Assembly: GCA_963785305.1 (NCBI GenBank)
Contig: CAWAUV010000002.1
Coordinates: 160,001 to 224,000 of the forward strand
DNA from: an uncultured Planctomycetaceae bacterium
GTDB lineage: Bacteria; Planctomycetota; Planctomycetia; Pirellulales; PALSA-1355
Direction: 5' to 3'
DNA: 64,000 nt
The position numbers were made by a program, and so were the translations under genes. Of the stretch, positions 37,537 to 48,280 are shown piece after piece. Under the pieces are notes generated by a model. It was not told the DNA's origin and did not search any database. It saw only the letters and a program-made list of their open reading frames with translations. Position 1 is the stretch's first letter, and each line of letters opens with the position of its first letter.

Positions 37537-39084
37537 TCACTCGAGCCGCGGCGAGCGGGTGTGCCAGTCGGTCGCCGCCTGGAACATATGCGCGGCGCGC
37601 AGCAGGCGGTCTTCTTCGAAGGGCGGCGCTTGCAATTGCAGGCCGATCGGCAGGCCGCTCGCCGTGAAGCCACAGGGAAACGCAATGCCGCCGATGCCCG
37701 CTAGATTGGCGCTCACCGTGTACAAGTCGACCAAATACATGGCCAGTGGATCCGACGATTTCTCGCCGATCTTAAAGGCCGGCGTGGCCGACACCGGACC
37801 GACGATCAGGTCCACGTCGGCAAACGCCGCATCATAATCGTTGCGAATCAGCCGGCGAACCTTGAGCGCCTTGAGATAATAGGCGTCGTAGTACCCGGCG
37901 CTCAGTGCATATGTGCCGAGCATGATCCGGCGCTTGACTTCGGGACCAAAGCCTTCGGCCCGACTGCGGCGGTAGAGGCGCACGAGCGCGTTGTCGAGCG
38001 CGGCGAGAGCCCGCGGGTCGCCGCCCTTTTCGAGCTTGGCCCGCTGGGCTTCGAGATCGGCGAGCATCGCTTTTTCATTCGTCCGGTGGCCGTAATGCAC
38101 GCCATCGTAACGGGCCAAATTGCTCGACGCCTCGCAGGGGGCGATCACATAGTAGACCGCGATGCCGTATTTGGCGTGCGGCAGCGAAATCTCGCGCGTC
38201 GTGGCGCCAAGCGATTCATAGACCCGCACCGCTTCGCGCACCGCTCTCTCGACTTCACCATCGAGCCCCGGGCCGAAGTGCTCGCGCGCCAAGCCCAGCC
38301 GCAGCCCGGCGAGCGGCTTCGTGACCGAGCGGCTGTATTCGGGAACCGGCAGATCCACGCTGGTCGAGTCGCGGGCATCGTGACCGGCCATGACTTCCAA
38401 GAGCAGGGCGGCGTCTTCGGCTGAGCGGGCAAACGGCCCGATCTGGTCCAAGCTGCTGGCGAAGGCCACGAGCCCATAACGGCTCACGCGGCCATAGGTC
38501 GGCTTCATGCCCGTGACGCCGCAGAGGCCGGCCGGCTGCCGGATCGAGCCGCCGGTGTCGGTGCCCACGGCCAGCGGCGCCATGCGCGCGGCCACCGCCG
38601 CGGCCGAACCACCGCTCGAACCGCCGGGGATGCGGGTCGTGTCCCATGGGTTGCAGGTCACGTGAAAGGCGGAGTTTTCGTTGGAGCCGCCCATGGCGAA
38701 CTCGTCGAGATTCGTTTTGCCGATCACCACCGCGTCGGCCGCCTTGAGCCGCGAGACAACGGTCGCGTCGTAGGGCGGCACGAAGTTTTCGAGCATCTTC
38801 GAGGCGCAGGTCGTCGCCTCGCCCTGGGTGGCGAGCAAATCCTTGAGCGCGATCGGCAATCCGGCGAGGCGGCCGAGCGGCTTGCCGGCCTTGCGGCGGG
38901 CATCGATCTTGGCCGCTTCGTCGAGTGCCCGCTCATCTCGCACTTGCAAGAAAGCCCGCACCTGGCCATCGTGGCGGTGAATCTGGGCCAGGCATTCGCG
39001 CGTGAGGTCCACGCTCATCAGATCGCCGGAAGCCAGATCCTCGAGCAGTTGCGTGGCCGAGCGTTCGAGCAGCGGAGCAGTCAT
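37537..39084 (-). CDS. gatA: Amidotransferase subunit A
   Basis: KTNLDEFAMG, GGSSGGS, DTGGSIRQPA. Confidence 0.95.
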   Translation of the reverse strand: MTAPLLERSATQLLEDLASGDLMSVDLTRECLAQIHRHDGQVRAFLQVRDERALDEAAKIDARRKAGKPLGRLAGLPIALKDLLATQGEATTCASKMLENFVPPYDATVVSRLKAADAVVIGKTNLDEFAMGGSNENSAFHVTCNPWDTTRIPGGSSGGSAAAVAARMAPLAVGTDTGGSIRQPAGLCGVTGMKPTYGRVSRYGLVAFASSLDQIGPFARSAEDAALLLEVMAGHDARDSTSVDLPVPEYSRSVTKPLAGLRLGLAREHFGPGLDGEVERAVREAVRVYESLGATTREISLPHAKYGIAVYYVIAPCEASSNLARYDGVHYGHRTNEKAMLADLEAQRAKLEKGGDPRALAALDNALVRLYRRSRAEGFGPEVKRRIMLGTYALSAGYYDAYYLKALKVRRLIRNDYDAAFADVDLIVGPVSATPAFKIGEKSSDPLAMYLVDLYTVSANLAGIGGIAFPCGFTASGLPIGLQLQAPPFEEDRLLRAAHMFQAATDWHTRSPRLE

Positions 39085-39238
39085 GTGCGAGACCAGTTTC
39101 CTCTGAAGGGGTTCTGACGCGGTTCACGGAACCCGCGCGGTGGCTCACCCGGAGCGCGACCGCGCGGCGCGGACCAGCGGGCTCCAGCGCCGAGCACATT
39201 CATCTAGGCCAAATGTTCCCGCGCACGGCTCGCGAAGT

Positions 39239-39529
39239 TCAATCGCCGAGCACCGCCGGCACAAGATAGAATTCGCCATCTTGATTCGGGGCGTTGCGAA
39301 GCGCTTCCTCGCGCGGCAAGCTCGGCGCCGCCACATCGTCGCCAAAGGCGTTTGCCAAGTCTAGGGCATGGGCCATCGGCTCGACGCTCGCGGTATCGAG
39401 ATCGCTGAGTTGCTCCACATAGGCCACGATGCCCGAAAGCTGCGTCGTCATCGCGTCGAGTTCGGCCGGGGTCAATTCGAGCCGCGCCAGGAGCGAGACC
39501 TTCAGCACATCGTCGCGAGTAAGACTCAT
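39239..39529 (-). CDS. gatC: Amidotransferase subunit C
   Basis: LARLEL ... NAP ... FYLVPAVL. Confidence 0.92.
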   Translation of the reverse strand: MSLTRDDVLKVSLLARLELTPAELDAMTTQLSGIVAYVEQLSDLDTASVEPMAHALDLANAFGDDVAAPSLPREEALRNAPNQDGEFYLVPAVLGD

Positions 39530-39717
39530 GGTCCTAGCGCCTTGGTCGATTGAGGGCGAAAAAAGAGCTGTGGGCTTGGGATGCCATGGTTCCAGGGCGC
39601 CCGTCGTGGCCCGCGGCCAGCCATTTGCCCATGATTGACCCAGTTGCCGCAAGCGCGGACGCCAGACGGAACCAAACAATCCTTGCCAGGGGCAGCGGGT
39701 GCGATTCGCCGCGAACT

Positions 39718-39993
39718 CTAGTGCGACTTGCCGGTGGTCGGCAGCTTGAAGGGGGCATTGCGCACCCGCTTGGTCACCGCGCCCGAACGAATGCACTGGG
39801 TGCAAACCCGCATGCTCTTGCTGGTGCCGCGTCCGACCGTGACCCGCACTTTTTGCAGGTTGGGCTTGAACTGCCGCCGCGAGATGCCGGTCACCTTGGT
39901 GCCGACGCCTCCCAGGTACTTGGCCTTGCCGCGCAAGGTCACCGTGTTGCCCATGGCGGGCTTTTTGCCGCAAACTTCGCATTGAACCGACAT
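39718..39993 (-). CDS. rpmB: 50S ribosomal protein L28
   Basis: CEVCGK..GN ... FKPNLQ ... VCTQCIR. Confidence 0.95.
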   Translation of the reverse strand: MSVQCEVCGKKPAMGNTVTLRGKAKYLGGVGTKVTGISRRQFKPNLQKVRVTVGRGTSKSMRVCTQCIRSGAVTKRVRNAPFKLPTTGKSH

Positions 39994-40328
39994 GTGCAAC
40001 CCTCGCCGACCGCCTCGCGGAACAAGTCGGGTAATCAAAACTCGGGGGGATGGTTTTTTGGGAAACAGCCAGTATAGCGGCTCGGCCACGCCTGACAAGG
40101 CCACGCCATGAGCTGGCCAACGGTGGCGAGCTCCGCCGGCGAAGTGCCCCGGTGGCCCGTAGCGCGCTCGCAAGGTTTGCCACCCGCCGAGGCGACCGGT
40201 CGGATTGCGTAAAATATGACGGCGCCTCGCCTTCGGAACTACCGCCGCTTTCGCGCCCACCATCAAGGTCGCTTTCCCCTGCGGTCGAAAAGAATCGTAT
40301 CGACCAACGTTTCCCGGGGGATGGCGAG

Positions 40329-41972
40329 ATGCTTCAAGAGCTCGGGGCCGGATGGCCCGCGGCCGACGCCGCGCTGCAATTTCGGCGGCTCACACGGCTG
40401 TTCTGGGTGTTTGTGGTCCTGCATGTCTCGGTTTGGACGATCACGCCGCTGATATGCTGCCCCAACGCGCCGCTCGATTCCGTGGAAATGGTCTACTGGG
40501 GACGCGAATGGCAGCTCGGCTATCCCAAGCATCCACCGCTCGTCGGCTGGATCGCCGCCAGCATCGTGGCGATCACCGGGCCGCATGTCTGGGGGCTCTA
40601 CCTGGCCGCGCAGCTCGCCATCGCCACCTGCTTTTGGTGCGCTTGGCGACTGGGAATCGAAGTGGTCGGCCCACGCGCCGCCGTGTTGGGAGTGCTCGCC
40701 CTCGAAGGAAGTTTCTTCTTCACTTACGAAGGCGCGGTGCTCAACAACAATGTTGGGCTCTATCCCTGCTGGGCGCTCGCCACGCTCTTCTTCTACTGGG
40801 CGCTGCGCCGCGAACGGCTGGCGTATTGGATTGCCGGCGGGGCGTGCGTCGGAGCCGGGCTACTGTGCAAATACAGCATGGCGGTGTTGCCGGCGACGTT
40901 TGTGTTGTTTGTACTCGCCGACCCCCGCTCGCGGCGCTGGCTCCGGCGGCCGGGGCCCTATATCGCGCTCGGCGCCACCGCCGCGGTCGTGGCTCCGCAT
41001 GTCTGGTGGGCCGCCACGCGCGGCTTTCCCACGGTGACCTACGCCGCGAGTCGCACGCGCGATCCGTCGCCCATGCTCGGCCGCATCGGGCATCCGCTCT
41101 CGTTCCTCGTCGCCGAAGCGGCGGCGCTGGCGCTCGTGTTTTTGATCGCGCTGCCGCTGGTCGGTTGGAGACCGCGATTGCGCGCGGTGAACATCGACGA
41201 GCGCTGGAATCGAAACTTCGTGCTCGCCATGACCCTTGGCCCCTTCACGCTGCTGTTGCTTGCCTCGCTCGTGGGCAATGTGCATTTTCGCGGCATGCAC
41301 GGCTCGCACCTGTGGCCATTCGTGGGCCTTGCGTATTTGTGCGCCTTTGAATTGCGCTGGGAACGCGCGGGCCGCATTCCGCTCCGCGCCGCCGTGATCG
41401 GCGCCTTGCTCGTGGCCGCGTTCGCGGTGCGGTTCACGCTCGCGCCTCGCGTCGCGGGCCGCGCGTCGCGAGAACATTTTCCCGGGTCGCGGTTGGCGAT
41501 GTCGATCGATCAGGCCTGGCGCGAGCGCTATGGCTGCCCACTCACGGTCGTGGGCGGCGATAGCTGGCTGGCGGGCAATGTGGCGTTTTACTCGCCCGAT
41601 CGGCCCCGTGTGTATGAAGAAGACTGTAGCTGGCTCACGAGCGCCGAGTTCGCGCGACAGGGCGGGGTCGTGGTGTGGAACATCGCCGACTTCGGCGAGG
41701 CACTGCCCACGCAATTCACGGCGCTCGGGCCCTGCGAGATTCAGCCGCGCATGACATTGCCGAATCAATCGCTCGCCAAGGCGCCGCCGGCGCGGATCGG
41801 AGTGGCGTTTATCCCGCCATCGACCGCCGGCCCGCTCGACTGGCTGGCCCACGGATCGGAGCCGCGTCGCGAGCCGGAATTGCGCCGCGAACCGGAGTCG
41901 CGGCCGGCGCCGCGCCGCGAGCCGATCATCGTCGCCGAGCGAGTCGGCGCCTCGGGCTCGCGCCTGCGGTAA
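40329..41972 (+). CDS. ArnT/PMT-like membrane glycosyltransferase
   Basis: GYPKHPPL, LLCKYS, many TM segments. Confidence 0.85.
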   Translation: MLQELGAGWPAADAALQFRRLTRLFWVFVVLHVSVWTITPLICCPNAPLDSVEMVYWGREWQLGYPKHPPLVGWIAASIVAITGPHVWGLYLAAQLAIATCFWCAWRLGIEVVGPRAAVLGVLALEGSFFFTYEGAVLNNNVGLYPCWALATLFFYWALRRERLAYWIAGGACVGAGLLCKYSMAVLPATFVLFVLADPRSRRWLRRPGPYIALGATAAVVAPHVWWAATRGFPTVTYAASRTRDPSPMLGRIGHPLSFLVAEAAALALVFLIALPLVGWRPRLRAVNIDERWNRNFVLAMTLGPFTLLLLASLVGNVHFRGMHGSHLWPFVGLAYLCAFELRWERAGRIPLRAAVIGALLVAAFAVRFTLAPRVAGRASREHFPGSRLAMSIDQAWRERYGCPLTVVGGDSWLAGNVAFYSPDRPRVYEEDCSWLTSAEFARQGGVVVWNIADFGEALPTQFTALGPCEIQPRMTLPNQSLAKAPPARIGVAFIPPSTAGPLDWLAHGSEPRREPELRREPESRPAPRREPIIVAERVGASGSRLR

Positions 41973-42098
41973 GTCGCCCGCGACGCCGCGGTGAGTTGCC
42001 GTTTCGGGCTCGCGCCGGGTCTGGTATTCTGCCGCCCGCCTTGCCGGGTCGCGCTGCTCGCGCGACGCCTGTTTTTGCCTCGCTATTCCTAGATTTCC

Positions 42099-42851
42099 AT
42101 GCCGCACCGCGATTCATCGCCTGCCTCCTCCGCCGCCGCCGACTCTGGCCGCGGGCGCGCCGCGCTGCTGGCGGCAGCAGTGCTGGCGCTGGCGGGCTTG
42201 GCGGCGCTGCCGATCGATCTGCCGGTGGCTCGCTGGTTCATGGAGCAGCGGTGTCCACCGTTTTTCGTGAAGCTGGTGAGTCTGGCCGAAGTGATGGCGC
42301 ACGGGATTGGCGCCGCAGCGCTTCTGGCGACGATTGCCGTGCTCGACTCTGGCCGTCGCCGCTGTTTGCCGCGGCTCGCGGCGATGTCGCTCGGGGCCGG
42401 ACTGGTGGCCAACTGCATGAAACTTTTCCTGGCCCGCAAGCGCCCCTATCACTTCGACTTTCAAGGCGGCCCGCTGGCGACCTTTGTCGAATGGCTTCCG
42501 GGCACATCGGCCGGAACCGGCGCTCAGAGCTTTCTTTCGTCGCACGCCGCGGTGGCCGCGGGCATGGCGGTGGGGCTCGCCTGGCTCTATCCGCGCGGGC
42601 GATGGCTGTTTGCCTTGTTTGGCCTCTTGGCGATGGGCCAGCGCCTCGCGGCCGGAGCGCATTTCACGAGCGATGTGCTCTGGGGCGCCGCGTTGGGCCT
42701 CGCCTGGGCCGGCGCTTTCTTGAGCGATCGGCTGGCGGCCCGCTGGTTCGCCGCATTCGAGCAGGGCGATTCGGCGCCCAGCGGCAGCCAAAAGCCGCAA
42801 GCCGCGCTCGACGCCTCGCGCGGCGCCGAAGCGCCATCGCGCGCCGCCTGA
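42099..42851 (+). CDS. PAP2-family phosphatase
   Basis: KLFLARKRP, SFLSSH, QR....HF.SDV. Confidence 0.85.
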   Translation: MPHRDSSPASSAAADSGRGRAALLAAAVLALAGLAALPIDLPVARWFMEQRCPPFFVKLVSLAEVMAHGIGAAALLATIAVLDSGRRRCLPRLAAMSLGAGLVANCMKLFLARKRPYHFDFQGGPLATFVEWLPGTSAGTGAQSFLSSHAAVAAGMAVGLAWLYPRGRWLFALFGLLAMGQRLAAGAHFTSDVLWGAALGLAWAGAFLSDRLAARWFAAFEQGDSAPSGSQKPQAALDASRGAEAPSRAA

Positions 42852-43061
42852 TCGCCCGCGGATTTCGCGGCTCCAACCCGCGGGTTGCGAAGCGAGCTCC
42901 TTCTCCGGCGCGTCATTCATGCTAATGCGGCAGCTCGCCGCTCGTCGCGATTTTGCTTGACGGGGCAATCGCGAACTCTTACGAATGCAATCATTGCTCG
43001 CCGTTCGCGCGGGCGCCGCATCGCCGGTCTCTGGAAGTCATTTCACCGGGCTCCGCTGTAC

Positions 43062-44718
43062 TGTCTTGGTTCACCGTGAACTGGAATTGGCGGTGCCGGG
43101 GATTAGCGAGTTGTGAAGGGCATCCTGCCGGGCATTTCGCGGCATCGTGCCGCGAAGGTTTAACGCATTCGCGCCAATCCCGAAGGATTGGCGAGCGGAC
43201 GGCGCCGACGATTGCCGGTCGCCGCCCTCTCTTCGGTCTTGGCCGCTGGGTCGCGCTCGGGTTGCCCCTCGGCAGAGCCCTATCCTCCGCCCAGTTCAAT
43301 CATCAATTTAGCGCCGCCGATCGTTTCAGGCAACCTTGGGCGCGGCGTTGGCGGCGGCACGCGCCGCGCGTCGTCGCTCGCGGGCCGCGTCCAGCTTGGC
43401 GTCACGCTCGTCGAATATCCGCTGCTCGATACCGTTCAACTTGTCGGCCGGCGCGACGTAGCCGATCGCGCTATGTAAACGTTCCTGATTGTAGTGCGCG
43501 ACGAACTTCGTGATCCGGCTTCGCGCGTCCTCGACATCCGCGGGACAAGCCGGGCGAATGCACTCGGCCTTCAGGCTCTTGTGCCAGCGTTCCAACTTGC
43601 CGTTGCTTTGGGGATAAAACGGACTCGTTCGCACATGCGTCATGCCGGCCAGGCGAATGAACTCCTTGAAATCCCGCGCGATGAACTGCGGGCCGTTGTC
43701 GCTGATGATCCGCGGCTTTTCGTCCGGAAACTTTTCTCGCGCGCGTTGAATCACCGTTTCCACTTCGAACTCCTTCATGCTCTCGCGCAGCTCCCAATGC
43801 ACGATGTAGCGGCTGTAGCCGTCCAGAATCGTGCGGAGAAAGTAGAACGTTCCCGCCAGATTGATGTACGAAATATCGACATGCCAGTGGTCGTGCGGCC
43901 GCGGCGGCTGCACGAAACCGGTTCCTTTCTTGGACGGCGAGAACTTGCGTTGGTCGAGCCGTCCGCCTTGTTTCAATACCCGATACACGCTGCTGGGACT
44001 GACCGCCACCACGTCGAGAGTCGAGCATCATGAACGCCAAGCGGCGGTAGCCGTTCAGCGGATGGCTGTCGTGGTAGGCGAGGATGGCTTGTTTCTCCCA
44101 GTCCTCGAGTTCTCGATTCCCCGGGCCACCAGTCGCGCGGGACCTTGCCGTTGTGTTCGTTGGCTTTGCCGTAGCGGTCCTTCCACTGGTGGAACTTGCT
44201 CGGCGCCAATTCCAGCCAGCCCAGCAGCCGCTGGGCCGGCAGCTCGGCACGCTCGGTCCAACGCCCGATGTAATCGACGATGGCGTCGCGCGTGTCGTGG
44301 GGAACCCAAGCTCCCTTCAGAGTTCCCCAAGCTCTTTTTTTGCGCGGACATTCTCCTCCATCAGTTCGGCGATGACTTCGTTCTTGGTGACCAGCTTCGA
44401 TTCGAGCTGGGCGATCTTCTGGTCCTTGGCCGCTTCCAGCCGCGGCGGCCGCCCGCCCGCCCGCCCACCGCCCGACCGCCTTCTCGGCCTGATCGAGCAC
44501 CTGCTTGACCCAGAGATGGATCAGGCTCGGCTGGACCTTGAGTTCATCGGCCAAATCCGACACCGGCGTTTTGCCGCTCAAATGCCGCCGCACGACCTGG
44601 GCCTTCTGCTCGGCGGAAAAATGCCGCCGCGTTCGCAATTCGCTCATGGAAACGTCCTCCCTCGGGATTTATGCTAATCCCAACGGCCAAACTTTCCAGT
44701 TCCGGGAGGTTCAGGACA
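43062..44718 (-). mobile_element. IS3-family insertion sequence (about 1.66 kb)
   Basis: Imperfect terminal IRs TGTC..GAACTGGAA..GGGATTAGC; orfA HTH; A7G slip site; DDE orfB; no target duplication seen. Confidence 0.88.
43326..44647 (-). CDS. IS3 transposase orfAB (programmed -1 site near 44334-44341 plus additional breaks)
   Basis: RHFSAEQKA; WHVDISY, ISDNGPQF, PQSNGKLER, YNQERLHSAIGY. Confidence 0.85.
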
Positions 44719-44825
44719 GAATGGGCTCTAAAGTGAGCCAACGTAAACTACGAATGACGCAGCGCATATTATTACAACTAGCAAAAAGCGCTCGCGACTG
44801 ATAACGTTTAGCGCATAAGAAACAC

Positions 44826-45185
44826 TTAATGCAAGTATTCATCGATTACAAATAACGCCTCGGGAAAGACCTGCTTTGCAAGCACAAGTTTCTCGCGCGG
44901 TATTTTCCCCCCAGGCCCTAGTTCGATACGCCCAACGGCATTATCGCCGAGAACACGACGAGTAATCCGGACGGACGGAATGTAACTCTGCTGAAATATG
45001 TTCCAACGCTCAGGATTATAATCATAAATGCGGGCATCTAAAGAAACAAGATAGACTCGCATTTCCTTGCGTTGCCGCACAATCGACGTTTCCCAGCCGA
45101 GAAACGCGGTAAAGGGAACAGACAAAACAAGGACCGTCCGCAAGCAATATCTGGGACATGCCTCAAATAGACGTTTCAATAGCAT
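44826..45185 (-). CDS. AT-rich membrane-anchored hypothetical protein
   Basis: RYCLRTVLVL + TM ... RRVLGDNAV ... FPEA; lower GC than flanks. Confidence 0.55.
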   Translation of the reverse strand: MLLKRLFEACPRYCLRTVLVLSVPFTAFLGWETSIVRQRKEMRVYLVSLDARIYDYNPERWNIFQQSYIPSVRITRRVLGDNAVGRIELGPGGKIPREKLVLAKQVFPEALFVIDEYLH

Positions 45186-45267
45186 AACAACATACCAGCG
45201 AAAAAATCGAACTCACGATACCACCGCAAATCGTCAGGGGATTTTCTCAACTTTCTTATGGAATACA

Positions 45268-45340
45268 ATGGAAATGTCCTCCCTCGGGATTTATGCTAAT
45301 CCCAACGGCCAAACTTTCCAGTTCCGGGAGGTTCAGGACA
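45268..45340 (-). repeat. Second copy of the IS left end
   Basis: Near-identical direct repeat of 44646-44718 (one mismatch seen). Confidence 0.92.
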
Positions 45341-45661
45341 GCCTGGCTGTCAACTGACGAGTTGCCAGCTACATTTGAGCATGACCGCTTATCACCGACA
45401 AATCGAGTCGTAGGAACGTGGGGTGCCCAACTGCAAGAAATGCCTGACCAAGAATGCGACCGAAATCGACCGGCAGACGAGCCAACCGCTCTGCGGGGGC
45501 TGTTATGGCGTCGTCACCGCCATGCGGAGCGCCGATCCGATTAAGTTTTACGCCTACCTGGGCGGCAGTGCCGCCAAAGCGCCGAGTGGCCCTGGTGGCG
45601 TCCGGCGTGCATCGGCGTGCATATTTTGATAGGGGTTGATCGTAAACCCTTACCAAATAAG

Positions 45662-45735
<74 letters not shown>

Positions 45736-46091
45736 ACGTAATCGCCGGGCGTGGGCCCGCGAATTCGGGATTTGCCGCCAGGATCGGCGGCTTGCCGAAA
45801 GCAGTGGCGGCAGGGCGAAACATCGGCCGGCGACGTTTCAAATCCAAGGATAGCATATCGCCTATTGGCCATGAAGCCCATCGGCGGCGGCGGCGAATGC
45901 GGTCGGCGGGGCGTGGTTGCGTCGCAGGCACAAATGGGCGAATAGGCACCAGGTAGGCCGAGCATATTGGCCGAGCGAGATTGACTTTGGCGGCCGGATC
46001 GCCTTAAATAGCGGGGTTGTGCTTGATGCCTCGCTCCGAACGCCGGAAGGTCGAGGCCAATGGTTTCGTTCCTGGTTCGCTCGTCTCCGTC

Positions 46092-46466
46092 ATGCTGATC
46101 CGTCGCACTCAACGTCGCTGTATTTGGCTTGTGCTCGCCATGCACTTGGCCACGGGCGTCGCGGTTCAGCTTGCTCACGAACATCATGGCGGCCCGGGAC
46201 ATGATTCCGATCGTCACCAGGCCGAGCACTCGCCCGGCCTTGCGCGGGGCGGCGAGGCACGCACTGCCGCGAGCGACACGCTCGACGACGCCGATCATGA
46301 ATGTTTGGCCTGTCGAGTGCTCGGGCAACTTTCGCATGGCTGGTCGGTCACCGAGATGGCCCCATTGCCTGTGCGGGTCGCGGCGCTGGTTGTAGCGGCG
46401 CCGGTGGCGATTTCAAATCGAGCGCCGCTTGTGTCTCGCTCTCGCGGGCCTCCGCGGAACGTCTGA
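46092..46466 (+). CDS. DUF2946/CruR-like upstream ORF (His-rich, CxxC, C-terminal RGPP)
   Basis: Hydrophobic N-terminus, HEHH, DHECLAC, SRGPP. Confidence 0.7.
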   Translation: MLIRRTQRRCIWLVLAMHLATGVAVQLAHEHHGGPGHDSDRHQAEHSPGLARGGEARTAASDTLDDADHECLACRVLGQLSHGWSVTEMAPLPVRVAALVVAAPVAISNRAPLVSRSRGPPRNV

Positions 46467-46480
46467 TCCGTGCGCGTTGG

Positions 46481-46518
46481 GCGCGGCAATGGCCGCAGCC
46501 GCGCGTTTTCTATTTTTT
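46481..46518 (+). terminator. Terminator-like hairpin after the RGPP ORF
   Basis: GCGCGGC/GCCGCGC then TTTTCTATTTTTT. Confidence 0.5.
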
Positions 46519-46733
46519 GCCGCCGGCCGACGACGCATTGGCGATTCGTCGGCGCCGGTTCGCGAGATTTGCCCAAGCTTGCCCCCGCGCACGTTAGGCG
46601 AATGATCGCTTCGACATGGCAAAAGCCATGGCCTGCCAAGCGCGAGACCGTTGCGCGGTGTTTGACCGCGCGAACGTGCCTGCTCGCGGCTTGCAATCCG
46701 ATCAGACACACCCGATACCGAGGTACGATCCCG

Positions 46734-47830
46734 ATGCGATCCCAAGATATATTGCGTGCGTACTACTCAAGACATCAAGGCGGCGTTCGATTCCGCGGCC
46801 GCTCGCTCCGATCGGCCGCGGGACCGCGGCGAGGCTTCACGCTCGTCGAGCTACTGGTCGTGATCGCCATTATCGGCATGATCACGGCCCTACTGTTGCC
46901 GGCGGTGCAAGCGGCGCGCGAGGCCGCGCGGCGAGGCCAGTGCGCGAACAATCTGAAGCAAGTCGGCCTGGCGCTGCACAACTTTTACGATGGGCGGAAA
47001 TATTTTCCGCCCGGCTACACCGACAACAACACGAGCACCACGAGCACGCCCGACAACGATCTCGGTCCCAGCTGGGGCTGGGGGGCTCATGTGCTGCCGT
47101 TCATGGAAGAGCAAGACGTTTTTCGCCAGATTAATTTCACGCTACCCGTGGGCGCCGCGGCGAACGCCACGATTTCCCAACAGCCGGTGGCGAGTTACCA
47201 ATGTCCGTCGGATCCGCTGCAGCAGTCGTTTCCGGTATACGACAGTTCGTTGAGCACGGTTCTGGCCACCGTGGCGCACGGTAATTATGTGGGCTGCAAT
47301 GGCTGGGTCGAGTGCTTTAGCAACGCGGGCGGCAATTATCAGCCGTCGAGCGATGGCGGCGCGGCCGAAGATGGCGACGTCGGCGGCTTTGGCTTGGCCG
47401 GAAACGGCTTTTTCTTTCGCAATAGCCGCACGACGATCTCCCAGGTCACCGACGGCATGAGCAAGTCGATCTTCGTCGGCGAGCGCTCGAGCGATCATTC
47501 GCCCAGCACCTGGACCGGAGCCGTGGCGGGCGGGCAGTGTCCGGCGTGGATGGCCGGGCAAGCGCCTTATTCTCCGCCGCCGGGACCGGCCTACGACAAC
47601 GCCGACTTCGGCGAAGCCCTCGTGTTGCGCACGGCAACGCCACGCATGTGCCCTCCGCCGATTTGCCGTTCTTCGACCCCGACACGTTCTACAGCATGCA
47701 TGCCGGCTCGGGCGCCAATTTTCTCTTTGGCGACGGCGCGGTGACGTTTCTCACCAGCGACATCGATCCCTATGTGTATCAATATCTCTGCACGATCGCG
47801 GGCGGAGAAGTCACCGGCGACAACTATTAA
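46734..47830 (+). CDS. DUF1559 prepilin-type protein (frameshift near 47630)
   Basis: [34 protein letters not shown]. Confidence 0.9.
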
Positions 47831-47856
47831 GCGACCGGGCGCCAAGGAGACTGGAG

Positions 47857-48255
47857 ATGCGGAACCACGCGATCTTTGCATTACTCGTCGGCCTGATCAT
47901 CTGCGGTGGATGCCACCGGGCCAAAACCACGGATGAGCTCCTGGACGATCTCAAATCGAGTCACGAGCGAGACCGAATCATCGCCGTGCGTCTGCTGCCC
48001 GAGCGAAAAGCCGAGGGCGACCGGGTCGTGCCGGCGCTCATCGAAAGTTTGAACGACAAACACGACGATGTTCGACTAAGCGCGGCGATCGGGCTGGGCT
48101 CGTTTGGCGAGGCCGCCGTGGCGGCTGTTCCCGCGCTCATGGCGGCCCAGCGAGATTCGGACGCCCGAATCCGACGGGCCGCTGGAGTCGCATTATCTCG
48201 CATAGATCCGAAGCGAGCGCCGTCGCCCGCGGCGTCCGAGCGACGGAGGCAATAA
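47857..48255 (+). CDS. HEAT-repeat lipoprotein
   Basis: GGC lipobox-like; VPALIESLND..VRLSAAIGLG repeats. Confidence 0.85.
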   Translation: MRNHAIFALLVGLIICGGCHRAKTTDELLDDLKSSHERDRIIAVRLLPERKAEGDRVVPALIESLNDKHDDVRLSAAIGLGSFGEAAVAAVPALMAAQRDSDARIRRAAGVALSRIDPKRAPSPAASERRRQ

Positions 48256-48280
48256 GGTCGATCACGCTTGCCGGCCGACA

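Noticed and set aside
44330..44345. A7G slippery site as a novelty
   Set aside because: It is the standard IS3 orfA/orfB -1 frameshift signal.
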